Shown here in pieces: positions 24,273-36,700 of a stretch of DNA of 64,000 nucleotides. The position numbers and the translations under genes were made by a program. Source of the stretch: Amoebophrya sp. A120 (taxonomy: Eukaryota > Protista > Dinoflagellata). Below the pieces are notes generated by a model. It was not told the origin of the DNA. It searched no databases and worked only from the letters and a program-made list of their open reading frames with translations. The number at the start of each line of letters is the position of its first letter. Position 1 is the stretch's first letter. The DNA is taken from NCBI GenBank assembly GCA_905178155.1, contig CAJINV010000002.1, positions 5,932,476-5,996,475 on the forward strand. The letters run 5' to 3'.

Positions 24273-26509
24273 TCAGTGATACTCGTCACCACCGCGCCCG
24301 CCAACGGCGTTGTTCGCCGGAGCCTCGTTCTTGTGCGACGCCATCGTCGTGCCAGACTTCTCGTCCGGTTGTTCATGGGAAGAAGGCGCTACTGTAATTC
24401 CTTCTGTGGACGTGGGGGTGGTATCCGAGTCGTGGTGAAAAATGATTTCGGTGAGAAATTGATGCTGTTCTTCTACTCCGTCCTGCTGGTGCTGGAGCTG
24501 CTCGGTGAAGGACGCAGCAGATTGGGTTTCTTGATTTCTGCTTCTTCTCCACTCTTCAACTTTGTCTCCGGCGGCTCGAAGAGTTTCACCCTCGGCAAGA
24601 ACCCCGTTCCCAGCAGCCTCTTCCCCAAGTGCAGCCGCCAGGGGAACATCAGAGCTGCCCTGTGTGCTTCCGGAGCCACCTCCTCCATTAGGTGTGGGCT
24701 CCTCACTTGTTGTGGTCGTGCCAGTGCCGCGCCCCCCGCGACCACCTCCACCGCGCCGTCCTCCGCCACCTCCGGCCGCTCCCGCCGTCGCAAACGCAGC
24801 GGCGGCTGCAGCTATTCTGCCACCGGGCGGGTCACTTGCATTTGCTTTCTGCCCACCCCCCGGGGGAACTTGAGCAGAAAGAGCACTCGGACCATGAGTG
24901 TGGATCGAGCTCCACTGCGCAGCAGAAACACTACGACCGGGCTCGGTCACAGCCTCCATCATCGATGAGGAAGACGAGGACGTGTGGTCCACGTACCGAC
25001 TCGTCGTGGTGTCCTCACCGGCTGTTCCGCCAGCGACTCCCCGCCTTGCGATGGAGCGGACGCTGAGTGGCGGAGAAGATGAGACGGAGTGGTCATTTCC
25101 GATCAGTTGCGCAGCGTCCTTGTCTTCCTCCGCTGCAGCCTGCGTAGTTTTGGGGTGTGTCACATGGTCGTGGCGCTGCGTGAGGGACCACGAGGGGCCG
25201 CCGTAACCTTTTTAGTTCGTTGTTCATATAATTATAAGTATCATGTTCTGAACTTGAACAAGTGAAAATCTTATAACAACACAAGCATCTCGCAAAACAT
25301 GCTGGTGTATCATTTGAATGATAGTTATCCTTCACGACCACGTTTACTATTACCATCGTTGTTGATCCGGTTCGTGATTGGTTGGTTTGCTTTGCTCTCG
25401 GGGTCTCGGTTCATGAATGGTTGGTTTTCTTGGCTCGCGGGGTCTCTTCTCTTGCCCTCTGCTTCCACAGCCTGTGCAGCGCCGTGCAAAAGCAGATTGG
25501 CGAGTTTTCCCTTTAGCAACTTCATCTTCTTCATTGCCCAAGCACCACGTCCATTATTTCCTGGAACGCCACTGCCTTCGCTCGCGGCGAAGGACACAGG
25601 AGGACCGCCTCCGCCGCTTCCACCCCCACCATCACCAGAACTGCCACTTGCCTGTGGAACTGCTTGCGTTGCTGGTGCAGCTTGTGAAGCCGGTGGCAAA
25701 GCAGGCTTTGTGCGCCGGGGTCGGTTGCCTCGCGCGAACGAAGCTGCAGCACTAGCAGCTGCACTCAAGGTGGAGAAAGGCCACCACTTCTTTTTCTGTT
25801 TTGGTTCCTGTTGCCGGCTTGGGGGAGATGCAGGAGCAGTCGGAGGAGCTAGTAGCGGTGTTGTAGGTGAAAAACGTGAAGGAATCATATTACTAAACGC
25901 CAGGCGCAGGCTTTCCATCCGCTCTTGTTGTTCCATCATCGACGATCCGGCGGGTTTATTTTCTCCCTGCTGCGTGTCGTGTACAACTTCCGGGTTGTCG
26001 TCGTTCTGTTCTTGTCCTTGTATGAAGGCGCGTGGGCGGGGCGAGAAGAAAACCACGCTCGCATGGTCACCTTAGTAGTTCTGGGTTTGTTCATCGTCCT
26101 CTGGGTGCTCGTCTGCGTCGTGCTGGTCAATCGTGCCAGTTTCGGTTAGTATCACCGAAGATTGATGGTGTGTTGCCTCCTCGTCGTCTGTGGCTGCGAG
26201 AACGACCGCTGCGGAGCGACGAGAGCCTGTTGTAGCAGGTTGTGCAGCTGCGTAGTACTTCTTCATCGCGATCTTACCGGGGGATGAACTGCTTTCCTTT
26301 TTCCCGACAAGACCATTGTCATTTGTCGAACCGGCCACAAGAATCGCTGTGGCATTGAACAGGACTCCACAGAAGTCGAAGAGAAAGAGCTGGACCAAGC
26401 ACTGGAACTGGACATGCATGATCAGCGCGATCATGCCCATCGCGGTGGTCTTCGAGTCCGATGTTGCAGCGGGCGGTTTCCGCCGCCCAGTGCTCCTAGA
26501 AAACGGCAT
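24273..26509 (-). CDS. Hypothetical low-complexity protein with a hydrophobic N-terminal segment (possible pseudogene)
   Basis: Three consecutive G/S/A-rich ORFs. 26072-26509 and 25325-26056 are in the same frame, split by one TAA. An AT-rich probable intron lies at ~25210-25335. Confidence 0.35.
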
Positions 26510-28048
26510 TGTGTTGAAATTTCTCTTCCTTGATCAATAAAAAGAAACTCGAACAGAAGTCTTCAGTGAAATAGACCGTACATTTTTGTTGAGGATAAGA
26601 ATGGATATTTGTCACAGGGAGTACGTTGTCGATGAAATTTCATTCTAAAAGGCTGAAAGTCTCGTATCTTCGATAGCGGAGGCATAATGCCCAGCACGCA
26701 AACTATCGAGGACCAATACGACGCGGATACCGAAATACGATTGTAACGAATCACCGTCCAGGTCGACTTTCCGGTCAATCGAGAGTCGATAACGTCGTTT
26801 TCCCCGATGAAATGCTAGTTACCACAAATACGAAAACGAAAACGAGCCACGATACAAGGTACGACCCCGGATAGAGACACTTCTTTTGAAGTGACAGTTA
26901 AAGGGACAGATAAGAATCTGAGCCCACTTTTCTCACGCTTTGTGTACCAAGCAGTACCAGCGGAAGCGAGAACCAAAACGGAAGCATAAATTGTCAATGG
27001 GAAACGCCGCAACATCTGGCTCCCATGATGAAACGACATTTAGTCGTAATGAAACCACTCACTTCATCCATTCTGTGTAGTATGAAGATTGTGTAACGGT
27101 ATACAATTAAAAAGTCACTGTGATACATGATGCGCAAGCACCAGCAACATCTTCAAATTCAAGAGTGACTTTGGACTTGCGAGCTTTATCAATACTTATG
27201 TTCAAGAAAGCGAAACAACGAATGTAAATAAAATAGCTGCCAATGGTAAGTATTAGTATTTATGATAAAATCACGATGATGAAACTCAAATCATTCCCAC
27301 GCTTTTTCATATTTGTCCTTTGCTTTATTTCTATGAATCGCGTCTAGAGGTGGCGGCCACTAGATCGCGACCACCGACAAAGGTGTAATACACCATCACC
27401 AAATAAACTGTACAGAAAGACAAAAAAGAAGTTCGAGTCATGTGATTTTCAATGGGAAAGAGTACAACACTTGACTGGCAGGAATCCGCTGCCAGGATGG
27501 CACTCCACGCTAGAAAAGTTCTATATCAATGATGTGGCAAAAAGCTTAAAAATAAATCGAAATCTGTGAGTGAATCTTTACGAGTTCACAATGACAAACA
27601 AGCTCAGCCCACCTTCGCCTTTTTTGCGGCCGCCGGACACGACCATAAATCATGAAGCATAGGCAAACCGGCGTATGTCACACGATTAAGTGCTACAAGC
27701 ACAGACTTCTAGAAAAATTGTTTTTGAATTACTACTTTCTTAGGCCCCGGAAAACCATGATGTCACGGTATTTTTTCGTGATGACGATGAAGATGCCCAG
27801 GTATTTCTTGCCATTGTCAACAAGTTCATGATCGAAGGAAAAACATACTGGACAATCTATTATCTGGGATTTTTGCAAACAGCAGAGGTGTACGGTCAAT
27901 CGGGTTTGGTAGGCTCCTTCCCGTCGCACTGTTTTCTTTTTTGTAGCAGTACTACGTGGTGGTGGATCTTACTTAGTTAGAAGATAGTAAACAACTCCTT
28001 GCTTCACGCGCAGCAACCTCTCAGTTAATCCAGACCCCCAGTCAACAT

Positions 28049-31000
28049 TCAGTTCGCGCGGGCCAGCGTCGGACCCAGTTCTCGGCGCAAGATAGCGGAG
28101 AATAAAAGAGGGAGATTCGAATTGCCGCGACGACCAAGCGCCGCCTCGATGAAGCCCACGGGACTGCTGCTGCCGCCGCTTACCTCTACGGAGTCGGAGT
28201 CAGAAAGGTTGTAGAATTCTTCCAGAAACAAAAGGACAGCTGCACGGTGGGCGGATGGGAAACCAGCGCTCGTCCTGCTACTTTCCGGGTCCACAAGAGC
28301 GTCCTCTCCAACACGTACCGTCGTCCCTGTACCCTTCGGTAGTTCGCTGACGACATACTTCAAAAGCGCGGTGGTCAGAAACGTGAACACCAGGCGTTGG
28401 TCTCGCTGCAAGGAGTGTCCGCTCGCGTGCGGTCGAAAATGCGCCGTGTGCTCTGGGGCGAGAATCTGGCGAAGCAGGCGCACGACGGGAAAGGCTGCTA
28501 GGTTGTTGTTCATTTGTTCTTCAGCTACAGGACCCGCTGGGCGTCGGGGGCCGTACAAAGCGAGATCATCAAGATGAAAAGCACTACCTCGGCCGCCACA
28601 TTTAGAAGCACTGTCTGAAGATGCGTGAGCGCCTGCAGCGGCCCTGCTGCCGTCCCCGTGCTTGTCTTCGAAAACACAACTGGAGGCACGACTCACAGAA
28701 AAAAGCGCCCGCATGGCACCATTGCGAAATTTGGTGGCTTTTTCTAAAATGTTACTCGTTGATGTGGAGAACATTGGACGTCCATCACCGTGTCGCTGCT
28801 CTTCTTGTGGAGGTTGATTATGTGACAACCGCGCGTCCGCCCAGCTTAGTGCGTGCAAAACCGAGCGAAACACGTATCGCACGGCAAGAATTAGATGGTC
28901 AGCAGAAGTACAACTAGTGGCGGCCGAAGCCGACGCCGAAGCTGCGCTCCCGTTTGTGTCACCACCAAGACGGTCACCACGATGGCACCAGTCGGCCACC
29001 CCACGTTCGTTCCTGCGGGGCCTCGTTGTTCCACCTTTCTGCAATAGCAACACTTTTTCCATTCTCGCAAGCAGCCGGGGCAGCAGGTGCTCGGCGAGGA
29101 AGGTGGAAAACGCGATCGGTCGCATGGATAGAGAATGGTTCTCGAAGTCTTCCGCCTCTTCGTCCGCGTCTGCCTGCGAGAAAGTTCGGTGCAACGTTAT
29201 CTCGTGCGCCTCCACGCCACCGCCCCGCGCCAGCAGGGGGTCAGGTTGTGCTTGTTCTCTCCCACCCCTCGTCCCTACGATTACACGCACCACCATGTCC
29301 TCCGGCCTGGCCGTTCTTGGTCCATCCGCGCGGTCAGGAGCGGCGTTCAAAAACCCTAACCCGCCGACAGGTGGTTCTACTAGATCTTCTTGCTGCGCGC
29401 CGGCTTGTCTTTCACGTGCAGCAGGCCGAAAAACGTCTGGAGGTTGTGCTGCACCTGCTGGGGCAGCAGGAGCGATAATCCGCTGGTCGTGCTGTTGTCC
29501 TTGCCGTAGCCGCTGCCCCCCGGCGCCTGGGCCGCCGTCAAATGGAACTGCATGGCCAACAGCACGCTGCCGCCCAGTAGGTGCGAAGGTTGTTGCGCCT
29601 TTCTTCCCCAGCTTGGATACCAGCTCGTGCAAGAGTGGATAAAGTCTCTCGACCTGCTCCGACTCCGACATCGAGGAGAAATGAATTTCCATATCGTCCG
29701 AGAGAAATAGAAATTCGTTGTTTATGGAAATGGAAGGACCTCCCCCCTGTTGATCCCTATGTTCAAAAGGAAATTTCTCATGCTGGACGTCTGGATACAT
29801 ACACAAAGTGGCCTTGTCTTTGCAGACAAGGCAAGTACTGGAGGCATAAGGTCTGGCTAAACAAGTATCTATGTGCACGGCTAGCCCCCCAGCAAGCCAG
29901 ACGTCTCTGCTGTATTGCGGTTAGAACGCTGCAAATACAGATTGCCTGAGTCGCAGAATAATGACTTTAAGTACCTGGCACCGCTTTTGCCTCCGCAGCA
30001 GTTGTGTTTATGCAAGACAGAGGCATGTTGAAGAAGATCAAGATGACAAAGACAAGACTTCAACTTGTACACATAAATCAGCAACACATATCACCCTATC
30101 TTGTACCATTCGAGGAAGGGAGGTAGATCCAAAGTTTTTACTACGATAGCGATACCGTCATCAAAACCTCCACGATCGCGGAAGCAGCTCGTATGGACCC
30201 AGGCCGCCCGGTGATTCACGTACTGCATCAGCAAATCTGCGGCCGCCCGCATGGCCGCGTCAGCTTGGAGCTGCAGGTGCGCGAGTTTCTTCTTCATCTG
30301 TCGCAAGAGTTCGCTTTTGTCTTTGTTCCTTTGATGCGCAGCTTCAGGAGCTTCTTCTACCTGTGAAGATGAGTTTTCTACTCCTCCGAAAGTGGTGACT
30401 ATCTCCTGCGCCAATGTGTGCTTTTCGTGCTCCAGCTTCACAAAATCGTAGATCCAGCCGGCAGCGACCTTTTTCCGTTTTTCCGGAATAAAGACGCCAG
30501 TATCTCGTAACCCATTCGCATTTCTCATCTGCGCTGAGGGGCGGGAAGATGAAGACGACGAGGAGGACCTTGCTAAACCAAAGCCACTGGGGAGATGATG
30601 GTCGGGCGACTGCTGATGACGAAGGGCTTCAGCTTCACGAAGTCGTAAAGATGGATCCCGAGTACTAGGAACTACACCGTCGTTCGCCGCTGCAGCTACT
30701 TCACGACTCGTTCCTCCAGCAGCCCCAAGAATAGCAGAAGTAGTCCTGCTAGTACTCTCGCCTGTTATACCAGCAGTTTCATCCACAACCTCCTCGACCC
30801 GGTAGAGTGTGTGTACTACGCGGTCCAGCGAAGCCGCGGCGTTAGCCAGGTCTTGAAAGGCTTCAACCGCTTTGTTCCTCGGCCCGTCCTGCGTGCCGAC
30901 AGGGTTCTCTTGTTGATGTAGTTGATGGGTGTTTTGCCGGTCGTGTGGTCCTCCCAGTTGTCCTTGTCCTTCTTCCATACGACTTCTACCCACTGTTCCG

Positions 31001-32283
31001 CTCTTCTCTATTTCCGAAGAACCTTCTTTGCTCCCACGAACGCACCGCCCACGGGACCAGTGCGATTTAGACTTCAGCGGTAGAATCTCGTTGAAGAATC
31101 GCATCGCATCAGCGCCGGGGGGTAGAAAGTCGTGCGCAATTTTGGGAACCAAAATGTTTTCGTCGACGTCTAGCAATTGAAGTTCGTTGGTGGATGGCGT
31201 TGAAGTGGATGTCGCACTTGTCGTAGGTCGCACAGCAGGACGAGGACTTATAATGTGTCGCGGCTCGGATGCATCTTTTCCCCGCACAATTTGGTCCTGC
31301 AGCGAGAAGCAGGCGGCGCCAGCTCCTCCTCCTAGGTGTTTAGCATTGGCAGCAGCTCCTGCAGCAACATCTTGACTAGACGGGCAATCGTGAGGAATCG
31401 GGTGGCGTTCATCTGCTACAGCAGGAAACGGCGTGTCCGACACGTCTTCCAGGGCATAATCATGATCAAGAGCTAGTAGTTTCACCGGAACTGGTTTTGC
31501 ATCTTTTGGTATGCGAGGTCCAGATGAACAAGCGGTAGATGAAAATCCAGGCGGGGACGAATTTGCGTGATTATTGTACGGCAAAGAGGTGGACCCCCCC
31601 GACGAAATAAATGGTGGCGATGTTATATTCTTGCATCCTCGGTAAAGATGTGCAGCTCTCGCGGTACCTGAGTCGTCGTGTTGAGGTACTGTCGTCGGAG
31701 CGGCTGTTGCTCCTCGTTCAATTGGAGGAATTTTTGTTTCACCATTAGTACATCCTCCATTCCTCGTCGTGGTCCTATCCTGCGACAGACTGATTGCTGT
31801 TGTCGTTAGGTGCTCCCACAGTTGAGTTAGCCCCGCTGAAAACGACCACGAAGCTCCTGCTGACGGTGCTGGTCCTGCGTCTAGTTCTGCTTCATGCGGC
31901 GCGTGGTAAAACGCAGAAGTGTGTTCCGGTTCCTCGCCTGCACCTCCAGCTCGAAAAGACGAGCACAAACCTGATGATCCATCGCCCGTCCACCTGGTGG
32001 AGCCTACAGGTTCTCTACCGCTTCTTCTTCCCCGCCCACCAGCGAAAAGATTGCTGCTGCAGGACACAAGGCGCAGCTGATTGGTGTGGAAGTTGATAAA
32101 GCTGTTGAATAACAATGCAGTCGTTAAAAAAATAGTACACCTTGGAGCGGGCTTCGGTTTCTTGAGCTGCTTGTCCATACAGTTGTGGAGTTGTAGATGT
32201 CGGTGTGAAAAAATCCTGCTCCACCGTGTCGCTACTTGTCGTTGTGGCCTTGCGGCTGGTGAAGATAATATTGAAAGTGACAT
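28049..32283 (-). CDS. Hypothetical ~1,300-aa protein with a possible degenerate zinc-finger/RINGv-like segment
   Basis: Two long ORFs joined by a plausible GT-AG intron 29838-30106, giving WVHTSC...FLECTCLVCKDK. Hydrophobic stretch near the N-terminus. Confidence 0.55.
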
Positions 32284-33707
32284 GTTGAGTGCCCTCTTCT
32301 AGTACTAGTTCTAGTTGTAGCGCACAATTGAATATGAATAGTGTCGTTGTCGTATGAGTATCGAAATACAAATCATAATCATCAATCAAGAAACGGAATC
32401 ATCTCTATTTTCGATGCTTTGATGAGTCACCTTCAATCCTGAGGAAAAAAAAAAACAAACGCAGAAATTGCGGGTCGTCGTGAGGTCGTACCACTAGCTA
32501 CACATGATCCACACTGCTGCGCTTCATAAACCTTAGGAAAAAATAGATACTCAGCAAGTACACGTGATTCTTTTATCGTTGTATCTGATCACCGCCGTAT
32601 GTCGTCGAGAACGACGAGCTTTTTGTTTCTGGAACCTTGATGTTTCATCCGCTGAAAACACATACAGAAACATTTCCGACTTCACTTTCCTTCCTAGCAA
32701 TGATTATCCTCCTTCTTGAAGATCAGCCACGAGGAAAAATCCTGTTCCTGACCATTGTAATTTCGTCCTCAAGCAAAGAACCGGCTCCGCCAAACCAGGA
32801 GATGAGGAAGAAGTAGAACACGACGATCATTCGCCCGACCCAAGATGGTGGTGACGCGATATTTCAGTAAAAATCTACCACGACGTGCTTGACGAAGTGA
32901 TTCGTTTTCTTTTTGCTCCTTGTGCTACTTCTCGACTGTGAAAAGAATCTCCACGGGCTGACGCAACGAATTCGATTTCAACATCCTACATAGGTTTTTA
33001 AAACCAAAACAGCAGCGGTGTGCCATTTGCATTTGCTATCACATGAGCTAACAATACGATATCTTATTTATCTTTCAATTGCGCCAGCTTCTCCGGAGGG
33101 AAAGGAGTCTCAAATCGTGTCAACGATGTTCGATTTCTGTCGATTTTTTTTACTTAAGTATGGGGGTGTCTATTTTGGGGCCACTCGTGCGATCTAGATA
33201 TCGTGCTCGTGATAGAGAACTTTGGAAACTAAATCTTTCTATGAGGTGGCTTCTAATATGTTCTTTCTCTTGGGGTCAAGAAAAGGGGTAGAGGCGTAGC
33301 TGTGGTTGGGGGGAATGGAATAATCTGGATTTATACCTAAGACTAACATGCTGATTTTATGAATGTCGCTATTACAACTGAAGATGCAAAAAGAACGTTC
33401 TCTGCCTAAGAGCTCTCTAGCTTAGAACTCCGTGCTGCTATGCGCATGGATAAGACATTATACACTTTTACTTTTTTAATTGGATGCTGGGCAAAACTAC
33501 TGCAGGAAATGAAAATTATACATAGCTGTATTTCATCAAGATTATATCGTTCATCATGAGTAACAAGTAGTAAGAGGACGACGTGCTGTAATGTTCCTTT
33601 GTGTGTGAGTTTACTCTATGATATCTAATTTCGATTTTTATAAACTCATCTGTATCTCTGCGTTCTCTGAGAAGGATGAGATGCAGCACCGTCCTTCCTC
33701 GTCAAGA

Positions 33708-36700
33708 TCAAGGCTCTGGTCCATCATTAAAGAGTTGTAATTGTGTGCGCAAAACGTTGACGCATGCCCGCAGCGGATTTATTTTCTTACTGCTTTTGCC
33801 CGTCTCCGTCATTCTCGTCATTTCCTTTGCTCTACTTCGTGAACCTCCACCTGCTACTTGTCTACTAGTACGGGGAGTAACTCTACTTCTGGCCCCTGCT
33901 TCCGCGATTCTACTCGTGGTTCCTTTCTTTCGCTGCTGCTGCTTGATTTTCTTCCCAGTTGTGGTGAGCTTTTTCATTCGCTGCTGCTGCTTCTGCTTCT
34001 TGATTTTCCCAAAACGTTTTCTTTCGCTGCTGCTGCTTCTTGATTTTCTTCCTAGTTGTGGTGAGCTTTTTCTTGCTCCGCGCGGCTCCTGGGAAGACGG
34101 AGAATCATGTTTATCTTCGCTCTTCTTGTAGTTTTCATCACTACTGGCTTCCGGCGCCGCGGAAAACTCCGAGTCCGACACGACGTTCTCCAAGTAGTCA
34201 TTCAGCAGCGCACGCACGCACTTAGCCTGGTCTCTTGCTAGTCGGGAATAGGAAATTCTAGCGGGGAGTGTAGTTTCAGACGCAGCTGCGGAGTCGATTT
34301 TCTCGTGCTGTCCTTGCTGCGGTCCGCTTTTCGAGAGATACTGCAGGAGTCGCTTTTTTTGCGTCTCTTTCCGCTCTGTCACCGTTGATTCCTCCACTTT
34401 GGAAAAGTCCAACCAACCCGTGACCAGTCTGGTCTTCTTCTTGCCCGCCCGCACTCCTGCTGTTCCGCCCAATGGTGGCGAGGGGACCCGGGAGGTGATA
34501 GTCTTATCAGGCACTACTAGTCCTCCTGCAGTAGTAGCACTAGCGTTCTCCTGATTATTCATCTGTGCTTGTGGTCCCTGTGTAGTTCCGGCCGCCGCTC
34601 GTTCCACGAATTGCGCCTGATTTAAGTCGAGTCGTAAAACATCCCAGATGGCCGCGCGCTCCATGTGTGTGGGAAGCTTCTCGTAGCCGCCGCCCAGGAG
34701 GTGGAAGAGCAACAGCCCGATGGAATGGTACTCCGTTTTGAAAGTATCGGGCAAATTCCCGCACGGGGGCGCGCACGAGGGGGTGCCGTAGTTGTATCGC
34801 CAAAGGTTCTCATCTTCCGCCCCCTTGGTTCCAGCAGGGCTTGTTGCTGAGCAAGCAAGTCCGAAGTCAATAATTTTCGCGACGTAACGGCGCGGCGTGG
34901 TTGTATTTTTGTCAACAGGGAACACCAAAACGTTCTGTGGCTTGACATCCAAATGCACTATATTCTTCACCTCGTGAAGGTATTGGAAGGCGGCTGCGAG
35001 CTGGTAGGCGACATCGAGGCGGTTTCGCTGCCCGTCCCTCGTCCGTGAGTTAAAGTCTGGGTGGGTGAAGCGTTCCACTGACGGAGAGGCGTTTTTTTCC
35101 ATGTAGAGATATTCCGACAGCGTCTTGGCATTTTCGACAAGCTCCGTCTCGATGTACAGAAAGAACGGGACAAGAGAACTCTGGCTCTGAGTACGGGTCA
35201 TCTGTGCGGCCACTGGTGCTTGCGCTCCGGCTTGTTCTTCGGGCAGTTTCGGGGACCATCGCGCAGACCGGGAAGATAAATCTTCTCCCAGCTGCGCGAC
35301 ACCGGACGACCCGGTGGAACTGTTTCCTGTCATCTCCGACACCGCAGAAGAACTACCTGAGCCTAAGCTGGTGCCCCGTGGCTTTGCTCCGGCACCGGAA
35401 CTACCCCCGGCAATACTTAATCTTTTCATTTCAGCTTCTGGAGCTGCACGACCACCTCCCGGAAGGACCCCGCTCTCAACATCGCGTTCAACACGAGTTC
35501 TTCCACTCCTCGCGTAGTTGCTCTCCTGGTTCCCACCAGTTTGAAGAAACTCGTGCAGGGCGCGCGCACGCTCACGCACATCGTCCGCTGGGTCTGCCGC
35601 CGGTGCAGCGTGCGCCAAGATTTGCCGCAGGTCTCGCTCCGCGGAGTTGTTCTCTCTTGTGAAATGACCTGATGCACCAGCAGCACCCCCGGCGGGGGAC
35701 AGCACCTCGGACACAGCGCTAAGGCTAATTTCCGGAGGTGGGTCGTCCCCAAAACCCATGGAGAATGGCGTAGTACCTGCGTAAGGGAACGGAAAAGCCG
35801 GCGCCGGCGTGGCTGGAAGAAGGCCGTCGTCGAAAGAGAAAGATTTTTGTTGCATCGTAGTTCTCGTATGGAGTCGTAGGGGATCCTCCCCGGCACCATC
35901 ATCCTCCGGCGCCAGTGCTCCTGCAGCTGCATTGTTCGCAACTCCGAAGTAGTACGGGTTCGGACTGGAGGGTAACGAAGCATCCGCTCGGAAGTCAAAC
36001 GGGCAAGAGGAGGGCTGGTCTGAGCAGGAGTAGCTTTCTTCGCTGACCACAGACGGCACACGACGATGCTGGCGACCACCTTGATGCGGCCCACGAGCAG
36101 GAACCACCAGTGGCGCTGTTGGCGCGGAAGCTAATTGGTGAGTAGAAGCGTGGTGGGCAGCAACTACTGAGGTGCCTAATTGTCCTGCAGCCTGAACCGC
36201 ACTGGCGGTGAACGGAAACCGAGGTGCAGGAGCTGGAGGGTGGTGCTGGTGTAGTTGTTGTGTCGCGAAAGTAGATGTAGAAGAAGAACCTCCTCGTTGT
36301 TGTTTTTGCGCAGGATCAAAATTCTGTTGTTGCTCTACGAGCAGACTCGGCGAACCCAACCGGGGCTGCGGACTCAGCAGTTTCCTTGTATACACGAGGC
36401 GCTCGACATCTTTGGGTTTGTTTCCCTGGTGCGCCGGGTCCTCTTTCCGCGGGGTGTGCACCATCTGCAAGTCGCCCGGCAGCGGCGCAACCTGGTCATT
36501 CCCTTCTTTCTCCAAGAGAGCCTGCAAATTCTCCGCGGACGATGAGAGGGCGCGAGCTCTCACGACCTGAACAGGTTCCTCTCCATTTTGCTCTCCTTGC
36601 AGCGACGTCAGTCGTCCGAGATTCTTGTCCTCAGTTGCCCAAACAGACTTGAACTGGAGGAAGGGGGATATCAATTCTCCAGCTTGATCGTGTAGTTCCA

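Noticed and set aside
29790-30110. Possible introner between the two long ORFs
   Set aside because: No convincing TIR or 5-bp TSD. A canonical GT-AG intron 29838-30106 explains the join.
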